Assembly: GCA_003344405.1 (NCBI GenBank)
Contig: NOWV01000107.1
Location: forward strand, 186,001 to 250,000
Reading direction: 5' to 3'
Length of the DNA: 64,000 nucleotides
DNA from: Trichoplax sp. H2
Lineage: Eukaryota
In this document: positions 10,573-31,039 of the stretch, piece by piece
How the letters are laid out: each line of letters starts with the position of its first letter
Position numbering within the stretch: the stretch's first letter is position 1
The notes under the pieces: model-generated
Databases searched by the model: none
What the model was told of the DNA's origin: nothing
What the model saw: only the letters and a program-made list of their open reading frames with translations
Position numbers and translations under genes: made by a program

Positions 10573-12608
10573 TGGTAGTCCATGAGAGACATACGGACGG
10601 TATCAAAAAAATTATCAAAATTGCAACAGTAGTAATAATACGTATAGATTCTGCAATAGATAAAATAATTATACACGTATAAAGGATAATTGTTTTTCGT
10701 CCAATAATCAATCATGATTCTACCGTTTTTCCCCATTAATATTGTAATTTATATAACTTTAGATGAAAATGAATTCTATTAGACATTATGATCCGAACGC
10801 TGTTTTCTTTAAACCGTGGTTAATAACACTCTTCAATTAATTTAAGTCAACATCGATTTTAACAAGCAATTAATATTACCATATAATTTACAGTACTTTT
10901 TTGTCGTTCGTTCGAATAATAGACTAATAATAATTTTAGATCCAGGCATTTTATAAACAGTAATAAAAATAGGCTTAGAACATTCATAATGGTTTACCAT
11001 ATAACGTTTATACTAGCAATGTGCAATCCTTCTTAAAATGGTCCGGTCTTTCAAATTAACTGTAATTCGTTGGGCTAATGTGATGACTATTATTTTTTGA
11101 ATGGTACTGCAATGGCGCAAAGGGGTATACCTTGTTGAGTATAAGGCATGAAATTCTAGATGCACCTATATTTCTAGAAGTCCGTGTATAATGGTACGAA
11201 TATACCGTGTCGTATATGCGCGATGAAAATAAAACTGGTTAATGACAATTACTGTAAATAATTATAATAGCGATATAAATAAATAGATTTATCACCCGTG
11301 ATTGAGTTTCATAACAGGGCGAGAGTATTACAATTATGGTATCGCATACACGCATACTGCGCTACTTATGAACGGGTAGTGTAACCCCAAATTTAAAAAA
11401 CTTTTGATAATAATAGTACAGTCGCTCTTTATCAAGCATCTAGAACTTACAAGTTTAGCATTTCCATTTGCCGTTTTCATCGTTGTTTAAAATCTGTTCT
11501 CAACGAGCATAGCATAATTAATCTACGGTTAAGCCTAAGATAGTCATAAATATTGCCCAAGAATGAATAAAATTGAAATATCGTAGTATCAAGTAATTGA
11601 AGAGCGACTGAATTATACTGGATTATCAATCTGAATGTCAATGGGTTTAGTATTTCTTCACATCATGGATTTTAATTAATAAAAGCTTTCTTTCCATGAA
11701 GACTGCTTTGATTTATATCAAGGACTGTACGTATCATCAATTAGTGTAGCAAAAAAATGAAAGATGATGACACTTACGTAAGTTTGTTATATTCTACAGT
11801 TTCTGACATGAAATGCTTTACGGTTGACCGACTTTCTAGAATATATTTCTGGTAAGGATATAATTACGTCACATAAAATTAATTTTTTTTTACATCACTT
11901 TATGGCCGTCGCGATGACATCACGTAACACATAGTAAACTATACAATTTTTAAGGCACAAAAATACGTTGCATGTAGTACTCCTGCGATTTCATTATTAA
12001 AAACTTTCAAACATAAGGCTAGAGTTTACAGTGCTTTAAATTACTGAAAACTGGAAACTCATGATACGCATTACCAAGGTAGCTGGCAGTTATGTATATG
12101 TCATACATATTACCTAAAAATAGTCAATACGTTATATCTGAAATACTGACTGAGCTCTTGGGTGCTACAGCAAATAACTAGAGTACTCTATATGATCAGT
12201 TGGCGCTCGATTACTGAATGATGCTTGAAACTAGAAATGTACCGTTGTGCCATCTTTACCGCGTATACTGAAAATATTATTCTTCGCTATTTTCAACGTA
12301 TCCGTGACTGTGACTTGATGGATTCATGGGCATCCACGACTCATTCATGGCTAATACCATAGACCAACATCGCAGTAATTACTACCAAAGTTAATACTTT
12401 ATTTAAAGTTTCAGATATCTTAAGACAGGGTACACAGCTGTAGATAAATTATCAATTAATTACTTTTCAGGTGTTTAATTGTATTGTACAGCGGAGGAAA
12501 TGCAACTGAAATATTTCTTACAAGTAGTAGGTTGTTAAAGTAAACGTATATCCAAAACAGGCGTTCTTTATTTAAAGTCGATGATAAAGTTCTTAAGGTT
12601 AAAAGCAA

Positions 12609-15600
12609 CTATTTGACATTAACTATTCCCATTTTCTTTGCTTCTGTTTCATAAATCAGTAATCTCCATAATTTCATAACAAAAACTTCAGCTTCATCGT
12701 CGAGAACCTATGGTACAACAGAATTAGGTCATTGGAATACTGCATATATCATTTTGTTCTTCACATCATATTTTACCATTTCTAGATCTTTAACAATGGA
12801 AACCGGAGAGTTGTGCTCTTTAACCTGTATCGGTAACATTATGCTAATTAATACTTACAATAACATCAAACTAAGTATCAAAATTTTATTTCTAAATGTC
12901 AGTTGAATATTTGTCGTGCAAAACTTCACCTTCTCGCAAATGAAATCAACTAGGGTTGGCTCTTCTTCACCGATGTATTCGGTTATCTTTTTAATTACCC
13001 ATGTTCTCATTCGCTTCTCTATTAGCGACTAAATTTTGCAAATATCTTAGCTAGATCAACTATGCACGAGAATACAACTTTAAGTTTGCAAATATTTATA
13101 CCTCATCTACTAAAGACCAGTTTAATGGGTAGTCGAAAAGTTTTTCTTTATCGGACGGAATACTTTCCATAATTGCTTTAATTCTTCTCTTCTTTTCATC
13201 AGGAGTCATAACAACTGGTGTAATAGCCTTCATTTCTTCTTCGGTGTACTCGAGAGGTACTAACTTTCGTTTCCGAGATTTCTCGTTTGCAACGCTTTCG
13301 TCGTCTTCGTTATTAAATACAGATTCGAACTTCGACTTTTTAGTATTTGGTGCAGGATTTTGTTGTTTCGCAGTTGATAATCCTATTTTCATGTTAAGTC
13401 CGAAGCCACTTTTTTTATTTTCTTCAGATGCTGATAGCTGAGCATTCTCATCTTCGTCACGAGGTCTCTTTTTAGTATTATCAACCGGTGCATCTTGAAT
13501 TTCCTATATTACGTTATGTTAAATCATCTTTCAGTTAAAAATTAATATGAGGGAAAGCTTTCGATTGTTCTATTGCACATAATTGACTACATTAATAAAT
13601 GCATACCGCGAACTGTACCCTTAAGGTTGTTGTTACCTTAATAATCGGTTGAGATGAACTGGTCGTATCTACGGGAGGCTCTTTTGAAGTGATAGTTTCA
13701 TTTGTGACCTAACGATTATGTTTTATTTGTAAGTGCTTTAAACAACCATCTTAAAGTGACATTTATTCTATATTTTTCAACGGACTACACAATCGTAATG
13801 AAATGGTATTGATTAATTTCTGTATCGTAGAAAATTGATGCTGCCAGCGAATTTTCATTTGTAGCCATTGACAATTGCATATACAATGTATTATCGATAC
13901 GTGTATGTACGTTGTATACAACTTACCGGCTTTTCATCAGGTTCAGCAGGTGGTGAACAGTTTGCTCGTTTTCGTTCGGATTTTCTTTCTAATTCCTCTA
14001 ATTCACGTTGTCTATCGCGTTCATCAGAAGCTATTTCCGCTTCTCTGTCGCGTAAGCGACGAGTAAATGCCGATCCCCTAAACATTATACATGGTAGGAT
14101 AAATATATCATTATCATAATTTTAACAACGATATTTTCATGGTTTCCTAAAAATTACTTATAATAACGGTGATCATCTTCGTCGTCATCGTATTTAGCTA
14201 AAAAATCGAGTAAATGCCGAATCTCTCTCTCCTATGTTTAATTTAAAAATAAAGATTTTACATTAGGTCATCAAAGGTAACCAAATTTAGACTTCATAAG
14301 TGGGATTATACAGTAAGTATATAGCATACCGTCTCTTTCTTTAATTTTGAATCGCGTTCAGCACTTTTTTCGTATTCGCGTAATTTTTTTCTTTCTCTGG
14401 ATTCCCACGATCTGAGTTCCTACAAAATTGTACATCCAAAGATCGATAAGTAATTATCATCCTAAAAGAGGAATGTAAAAAATATTCGCAATCGATAACT
14501 TACGCTTTTGTACATTGACTCTCGTTCTCGAAGTTTCCTATCTAATCGACGCTTTTCTATGATTTTATTTTCATCCATTTCTTGATCAGCGGACGGTTCT
14601 CGGCTTCTAACATCACGTTCTATCCTTCTATCGCTTTCTTGTGATACTTCCTTTTCTTTCCGATCACTTTCTTTTTCCTTTTCTTTGTCACTTTTCTTAT
14701 CCTATTAAGTTGGGATATCATATGCAATAGCGTCATATAAAATCATGGCAATTGGGTTTACACTTTTTAAAGACCATTAAGTGACCTTATATGTTTCTCT
14801 AAAAATTCGTATTTCACGGCTAATTAAGTTCTTTTGATCCGCATCCATTTCTAAGTCCTCTAAATTTTCCTGAAATGCAAATGAAAATAAAAAATTATTA
14901 TCCAACGTTATAGCGACACATGAATTATTATGATCAAATGTCTTCATAGCATACTTCAGAGCGTGCTAACTTAATATTCATCATGGATGAGGGTTTAGGA
15001 GACTCTACAATAGCAAAAACATTTATATATCTTACGCCTTTAAAATTTGTAATGATACATTTATAATCATCAATGTTGCTCAGAAGTACCTTTTATGAAT
15101 TCGTTTTGTAATTTACCAGCTAAAACATTCCAGTTAGCTTTCAAAAACATGTCAATCTCCGCTTTGACAGAGATGTCTTCCTCCTAGTATAGAATATGAA
15201 ACCGTTAGTATACTGAAAATGTTGTTAAACGGGATGATATTGCATCTGAACCTCCTGATCGGGCGATAGATCAGCTGACTCAATATCCATAACAGTATCA
15301 GAATTATTTTCCGCTCTCCTTCTAGCGAGATATTCATCTAGTCGTTTTCTATTTTTTTCGTCTACCTTAATCTGTAAGAAAGTATCAGTTAGGTTCATAA
15401 GAAACTGAAAGTCAATTATATCGCGTACACTGGGTTAGAGGAACATAGAAAGCATTACCAGTAATTCTTTCTCGCCAACTTGCAAACCATGCAATAAACG
15501 TAATGCTCTTAATGTGGCCTCAGGATCAGCGTATTCACAAAATCCGAAAGCTGTGCAATAAGTAATGATGGTGGATCTGTTAAAATGACCTCGATGCATT

Positions 15601-18295
15601 GTAGCTAAGGTCAATCTACATACGAAAGATAAAACTTACGTTGTAATTTTCCAGTTGCTCCTTGAATTCTTTTCCAGCTAACTACGGTACCACATTTCTA
15701 TTTCGCATCAAGATGTATAAAAATCATTAACGGATATTATTCGGAGTCATTAGATCACAGCGACTTTTAATTTCGACAGCAATTGGACATAAAACTATTA
15801 TTTATGCCATTTCATTCCATTTACTATTATTAAAATCTACATCTATACTACTGTAATATATAAGCCTTAGCCATAGTTTTGATAGTTAATGCAAATGTGA
15901 CTTTGAAATATATAGCGATAAACGTTACATATGATACATACCATTAGTAACTGCCTAATAAATGTATCAGTCGCTACTTCAGTGATGTTTCCAACAAAGA
16001 CAGTTGTAGTTTTAGGCTTCTCCGTAGTTTCCTAAGCCAACGTTAATGACATCACTTTTTAGTACGTAAATTAGACTTTACAGTATAGTAAATGCAATAC
16101 TGTGCAAATATGCAGCAGATATATATATATATAGCGAAATAATCAACAGTAAAAGATCTTTAAAGCAGTATACCTTCAAGGCAGCAGTCAAACACTTACA
16201 TGCGTTGACATCTATAATGTGGAAAAATTATGCCTTAAAATAGTTACGTAATTTACCTGTTGACGTTGTGTAGCAGGTTTAGTAGCCGGTTGTGCAATAG
16301 TTGTAGTCGTAGGTAGCGGGGCTGGTGGCATAGTGGAATTAGCAATCGGTGGTATACTCTACAGAATATGTAAAATGATGTCGAATCGATATAAGTAAAC
16401 CGTAGAACAATTACTGTTACAAGTGGCCAGCTAATTCTGTTAGTATTTATGGTATTGAACAAAGTATCATCTCTAAATTAATTCTTGGATATCATGTATT
16501 CAATCTATCAAGTAATTGTTAAGTTATAAGCAATATTATCAAGATTATTCAAATTGGTAACCAGGAAGCCGATGAAAAGTTACTTACTTGCATCATATGA
16601 GGTGGTACTCCGACCCCAGGAGGAACCGGTGGCATAACCGCAGGAGCACCTCGCAATGCAGCTGCTATCAGGTTAATAAAGAGAGGTTGATTTAAAAGTT
16701 CGTGTTATTTAGAAAATTTAGGTACTACTGGTTTATTTTAGCAACATTTGGAGTAAGTTCTATAATCGTGTTACTAAGCCAATCATCTCCATTGAATATT
16801 ATCATAGACTATTTCAGAGTACAGACAGGGCAAATTAGCTATCAATACAGGTGATAATACAGTACATAGTGTCTACTGTAAATATTTCAATCACAAACGC
16901 GGAGAAAACTACCAAGAGAACGCTTATAGTTATTATTTGTGCTTTTCTACATTGAAATTATTTCCAGTTATGTTAATTATGAGAACATGTAGAATCTTAA
17001 CGCAATGAAACGAATTGAGATAGCTGGCTGACAAAGTAGAAAGGGCATAATCGATCCAATGCAGTTTGTCAAGTATGGTAGCAAATAGTTGCGAAATGCC
17101 TTCGTACGAATAGTTTTTCTTGACGGTAACGATCTAGCGATCGATTTCAAGATCGTCAATGAGATTATCATTCTCTAGACGCGATCATTGTAACGATAGG
17201 AAAATGTTTGATGCTGACATTTTAAAAAGTAAGATTACGAATTGAACTTGAATTGATGCCGATCATGTCTGTGCCAACGACTGGTATAGAGCTTGATTGC
17301 AGATTAAGTGGCACAGTAAGTTTTTTTTGATACAAGATAATAGTACGATAGCAGCCAGGAGACTGTTGTACCATGGACTACCAGAAATGACTACGTAATC
17401 ATTTCCAGTAGTCTATGGTTGTACGTTGCCTGTTTCCATGATGAGCCTTGAAGAATAGAGTTTATTTCCTTGCACTATTCTATCGGAATCGACGTTTTCT
17501 GTCTGAAGAGAATGATGACAGTGCTATATGTTGCAGTCGATGAGATGAATTCAAGATAGATGGGATAAAATATGACTTTGGTTGTAGTATTTCAACAGTC
17601 GAAGGGAGTTGATTAACAAACGATGACAACAACAACCCATCATGCAGTAATTTGTGGAGCAAAGGCATTTACCAAAGAATATTAAGAAATGTATCAAAGT
17701 CCAGACTATCTATCTCCAACTACAAACAAGGGTATCCATGCGTACTATCCTATACATCTATCGATCACGGAGTAATTGATTGACAGAGATATTCAATTAT
17801 GATGGAAGGACATTTGTGCGATTACTTTGGCCTTAGCTATCTAGAGTCTACTGTCTGTGTATATCAATCTAGCGTAAGAGGGAGAGAGAGAGAGAGAGAG
17901 AGAGTGGAGGTGATATACCTTAACTACCCTATCAGTACATCGAGTTGATACATTTGCCTGTTACTAAGAACCATTTGATGATAGTAAGGCATTGAAAAAT
18001 AACAATTGCAAACCAAGTTGAACGATTAGGATGGACAACACGACAAGAATTGTCACTGAACTATGCCATCTTGGCTATGTTAACATGAGTGTAATTGAGC
18101 AATATGATCGATGACATAGAATAGACGACATCACTAACCATTGGGCGGCATTGGAGGCCTAGCAAACGGATTGAATGTCGGCATCGTCACGGGCATTCTA
18201 GCCATTGGTGGTGGTACACCAGCCATGGTGACTGGGGTCGCCGGTACATTGGATGTGGTAGGTGCATGGACTGGCCTGTGTTGAAAATTCGACAT
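12609..18295 (-). CDS. RBM25: RNA-binding protein 25 (Pro-rich N-terminus, RRM, RE/RD-rich region, PWI domain)
   Basis: Exon 1 18295-18139 (MSNFQHRP...). RRM exons TTTVFVGNITEVATDTFIRQLLM / KCGTVVSWKRIQGATGKLQ / FGFCEYADPEATLRALRLLH. C-terminus VLDDEAEVFVMKLWRLLIYETEAKKMGIVNVK*. The introns checked are GT-AG. Confidence 0.96.
17370..17419. repeat. 50-bp imperfect palindrome with CCATRGAC...GTCTATGG ends (RBM25 intron 1)
   Basis: ACCATGGACTACCAGAAATGA-CTACGTAA-TCATTTCCAGTAGTCTATGGT: 18 of 21 arm positions are complementary. Confidence 0.8.
17882..17904. repeat. (GA)n microsatellite
   Basis: Direct reading. Confidence 0.95.
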
Positions 18296-21200
18296 TACTT
18301 TAACAGAGCGTTCCTTTAACTAGCTTCGTTGCAAGATTGAAATCGGTTTGGAAGACTTGTAGTCTACCATAAGCACCGTTTCAGTTGGATGGCAAGCAGT
18401 TTCTTCAATGGCAGTTTGTCCGCGTTTTTATGCAAACTTGTGTGGAACCCGCAGTCACTACTGTAGCCAGTAGGTGCTTGACGGAAGTGGCACACCACGA
18501 CAGTCACTAGCCTACAGTAGCCAGTAGTGTACGGCGTGTTGTATAGTCGTTGAGCTAGACGACCTTTCCTGCGCAGTACCAGTTTCTTTCATAGCGCGTA
18601 AGGTCTTCTTTTAGTCAGTCTCTCCTACCCTCTGTGCCTAGCGTACTGGTACTGGGAACTGGTACCGTACCAGTACCCATTTTATGCAGCTTTTGGACGG
18701 GTCCTGATTCGACCTCTGTTGTTACAGACCGAAACTGACCGGACGGAACGCAACGGTGCCTATATATGCTGTATACAGTATAGTATATACCTTAGCACCT
18801 TACACACTTCCGATAGTGTACCGTACATCGGAAAATGTCCAGTAAAAGTAAACAAAAAATCCCAACAGTGCCCGTCCATTTCACTCTTGGACCTCAACAT
18901 CAGGATTGTCTGAAGCGCAGTCGAGTGACTCCACTACACTTCACACGGTAGGCGTCGCTATACAACACTGTTTCTGCCCATAGCGTGTCCTTATTGAGAG
19001 CCAACAGCGTACAGTATGGCACGAGGGAGAGCCATGTGCTGTTCAATCAGTCATGGATGTTGCTGGATTGGGGAGTCAACGGTTTCAATAATAACTCAGC
19101 AAGTTCTCTAAAGTGATATATAGCGAACCCTCTTCGACATAGGTAGTAAGAATTAGAATAAGCTTCTAAATCTTCAATCAGTTCACTGTGATATCGTCTT
19201 TGAACCATGATTGATACTTGGACTCCCTTTACGTTATCATAAGGCCAAAGGGTAGAAGAAATCACTTCTATTCAGTAGTATCAAAGAATACGCTACAATA
19301 GTACCCGATATCAATATCACCAATCTATTTGTGTCACATACTACTGTACTGTACTGTACTATGATGGTGATCGGAAAGGTTTTCTCCTTGGCCTATCCAT
19401 TTTTTTGTATCCTTTCCTTGAATAGATAGAGTTCAGAAAACATAAAAGAAATGCATCGTCTGCGGCTATCTAGAATTAGCTGGGGAAAGTAACGATAAAT
19501 AAATAAATAAATAAATAGAGAAAGAAAGAAAGAAAATAACCTAACATGATGTCAATGTGTTTTGAGAGGGAGAGCTAGGAAAGGAAAAATTAGCTCAGCG
19601 TATGATTACACCTGTCGAAGGTTCGACTTGATCCACCTATTCTATGCCAAAAGCTAGAGATAATCGCGTTATTGCATACTGTCTACTGAGACTTTGATCC
19701 ATGTTGCCTCCTAATTTGTTGAATCGGAGTATGCTATGGCAACTCGACCATGTAACAGTATTGTATTCGTTTAAAATCAACGCTTACGCCTTATACTCGT
19801 TATGCTGACAATTTACTCCAATGTCTGCAATTTGAAACCGATCCGACGCTTTAGCATGATCATTAAACATACCAATTCACTTGATTGTCATGAAGACAAA
19901 ATGTGAGTGTTACTTACCGCAATGGATATTTGCAAGATTGCCTTGAATTTCTTGTCGAGTATGTTTTAAAGTAGTGATACTATTGCATGAAATACCAGAT
20001 CAATTCCGCATCGAACAACTAGACAATCACTTTAGGTTGGTACTATGGAGGCTATGTTTGTAATTATTATACGGGTATTGAAGACGTGGCTTTGCTTGGA
20101 CGTATTCTAGTTAAAATTGAAGTGAATTGTTATTCAGTTTAGCAATACTGAGGGACAGGTCAAGGAGGGTTAATGATAGACAAATACAAATAATCAATTT
20201 CAAAGATATGACTAAGCTATCATACGAGTATTTTAAGCCAGTTGTTTATAGTAAGATCCTAAATAGAACAGGCTATCCTCGGATTTTGATTGGAAGACAC
20301 TAAGGCATACTTTGCCGTACATTATTACTGTCAGTCTACAATACTGCATCCATTTTATGACGTGATCGTATCACTAAATAAACAGTCTGAACGATACGGT
20401 TGGTGACTCTGTAAACAGCTTTTCATGCTACGGTAGTCTATCATTCAAGTTTAGCAAAGATAAGTTTACAGAAAGCTTACTGAGCAATGAGCAGCCCAGC
20501 CTTGTTGTATGATTCCAGTTGGCAACTGCCTTCAAAAGCCACAGGAACAAACAAATGTTGCGGATATACGGATATTTACACGTGCATATGTTAGTATACA
20601 CGCATCAAAAGAGATATAGTTTAATAATATCATGATGAAGTTAGTAATACATCAAAATCTATACAATCGGCTAATGAGAGTAATGTATATATAAAATACG
20701 CATTACATGAAAGACGCATATAAAGCTTTAGTGCACAATTTCGCAATTATAAATAATTTTTTAATACAGCATATCAGTTGATTCTTAATTATGACATATG
20801 TTCTATAGATCTTGTGATAAAATTCGCATTTTTCGGACGTTGTTGGTCGATGCGTAATGTAATGTACGATATTATCCATTCCTTTCTTATTTAAACAATT
20901 CGGTATGAGGTAATTCTTAACATTTTGCTATTAATAAAGCTCTAAATAAATGAATCAATAATTACTCTTAAATGGCTTTTACATACTAGACGTATACTAA
21001 TATCGTTTTAGGTAGACGAAAATTTACAAACGCCAATTTAAAGTTTATAATCAGGATTAATAGTACTATTAAATATATTTCATTGTTAGTTAGAGTCGCA
21101 TGAATGTTATGATCGGTTGTAATCCTGCCTATCTACAAGTATTTCGTCTGCAAAGTTGGTCCAAAGTATGCATACACATACATACACAATTATCAATGGT

Positions 21201-21722
21201 AAATTTAAATTATATGACATAAAGGATATGAATTTCGAAATGATTAAAGCAGCTATGCGTTTGGGCGAATGCGCAGTCCTTAAAACAAGCATTTTCTACT
21301 ACATAGACTACTGTAACTAACTATCAATAAATGCTGTGTTGGATCAAATTTTTCTTACTAATATTTTCATTTAACAACAAACAATGACAAAATTTTGCAA
21401 TATGGGTGAAATACATAATATCTTTGACTATCAGGCTATAAATAGAAATCGTATCACAATTTTTACGTCGGTATCGTACGTGACAGGTCCTGCAGCATTA
21501 ATCTAGAGATAACATTCAGAAATGATTCATTTCGCCTATAAAATGTGCAGGAATGTCTTGTAAATTCGTAGCAATAATGTTGTTAATATTCCATGATAAG
21601 TTTTGGTGATGTATCTAATATAACTGATATTAAAAATCCTTATAATAAAATCATAATAATATCGATACAGTCATTTACGCGATAAATTGGTAAAGTTGTT
21701 TCAATTTTAGGATCGTATTTAG

Positions 21723-29363
<7,641 letters not shown>

Positions 29364-29574
29364 TCTAATTGGAGGCGATTGTCGAGATGAGGATGATGAT
29401 GGAAAAGGCCTATCGATTCATCAATCTTTTGCCTTTCCTATTGCATCAATTTAATACTATTGCTGGTTGGTAAAGCAGTCGACAAATGAGCAAGCAGTTG
29501 GGACAATCTCATCACCAGCCTCGGAGTCGACTCAGATAGAACGCGTGTTTTGGTCGCTGAAGGTCTCCAGAACA

Positions 29575-29835
29575 CTGTGCGCTGTACAGTGTACAGTATA
29601 GCAGTGTATGGGATATTCGTACTTTTCGGATGGTCTGTCAGTCTTGTCTGTCAGTCTAACGCGGTGGTCGAGTAACAGTACTGTATTTTACAGTGCACAG
29701 TACAGCACAGACTGAGTACAATGTACAGTAGTAGTCGACTGTACTGTAAAGGTATTTTCCACAACTTGCCCGACTTGGCATCTGTTCCTGTCGAGCTCTT
29801 CATCTTTCTCGATCTGTTGCAAGACTACTGTACTT
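29575..29835. promoter_or_regulatory. putative bidirectional promoter (ArfGAP / ZFYVE1) rich in TACAGT/ACTGTA
   Basis: Lies between divergent start codons; dense GTACAGT/ACTGTAC words. Promoter function is inferred. Confidence 0.5.
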
Positions 29836-30438
29836 ATAAAAAGGAAAAAACAAAAATACGGTAGTGGTCTAAAATCATCTCACTCATCTGTGCGAATTTT
29901 GAGCCAAAGATGAGTATGAAAGTGCTGGATGATGCTATACTCTGCACCTGTCGATACAATGCCGTCTCGATAAGAGACGACATCACCCATGGCGATCGCG
30001 ATGATTCTGTTACTCAGGTGCAGTGACATCATTTCTGCTTGCAATTTTCACTATCTGTGATACTCACTGTTTTCAACCGGCCGATGGTAATACTGTACCA
30101 TTGAGTCATTGAGTTGTCTATGGTGGCAGAGAATCGCTAGCAATAATAATGTCACCCATAATTGCCTACACTTAATTAATGACTACACCCTGAATACCAC
30201 ACAATAGTTTTACTTTACTGCTACAGTGGTAGAGCAATGTCAATAAATGAACATATGTAGGTAGCATGGACTACAACTGTCGACAACTGTACGTAGGAAG
30301 AAACCCAAGGACACGGACTCTAATCCATGAACTGTTCCAGTACAAGAACATTACCAAATTAGTATAGTAGTATCAATGAATTCATGATAGTCCTGAGTTG
30401 CCCAGTAATCAATCTAATCATACACTTGGTCAAAATAG

Positions 30439-30459
30439 GTGTGTGTGTGTGTGTGTGTG
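30439..30459. repeat. (GT)n microsatellite
   Basis: Direct reading. Confidence 0.95.
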
Positions 30460-31039
30460 ATACTCTACTCTACTCGATGTTAACATGATTTTAGGATGGC
30501 GATGATTTTGCAGCAAGAATACCTAGACAGAGCGATATTGGCCATCCTATTTTCGCCTAGGTGACATTATCGCGTTAGGGCGTGGTCTTGTACAGGCTCT
30601 CTTTGTTCCATTTGTCTTCTATTGTTCGTGATTCATCGGCCATATATAAACCAGTCTGAAGGAGTGTGAGTATGGTGTATCATATAGCACTAAATGTGAA
30701 TATAGTATAATATAGAACGGGGACGAGTGGGAATGAACAAGCGTGAATATCGTTCTCCATCCTGGACAATGGCTGAAGCAAGACCTACTGCGCATGCCAT
30801 TGCGTCATGAACTTGTAATGCCATCCATCAAAATAAACATTTTTTTCTCCATAGTCAACAAAAAAGAAATTGCAGCCCAAACGAGTCTATAGTATCACAT
30901 CAGCTTCTACTCTTGCAAGTGATCCAAACAAGCTCTGAAATTATCCAACACTTGCTAATTCCACTGCTTTCACGGGTATCAATAATAATATTATACGTCT
31001 CTACAAGTTCGAATTAAGAGAGAGAGAGGGGGTGAGACA

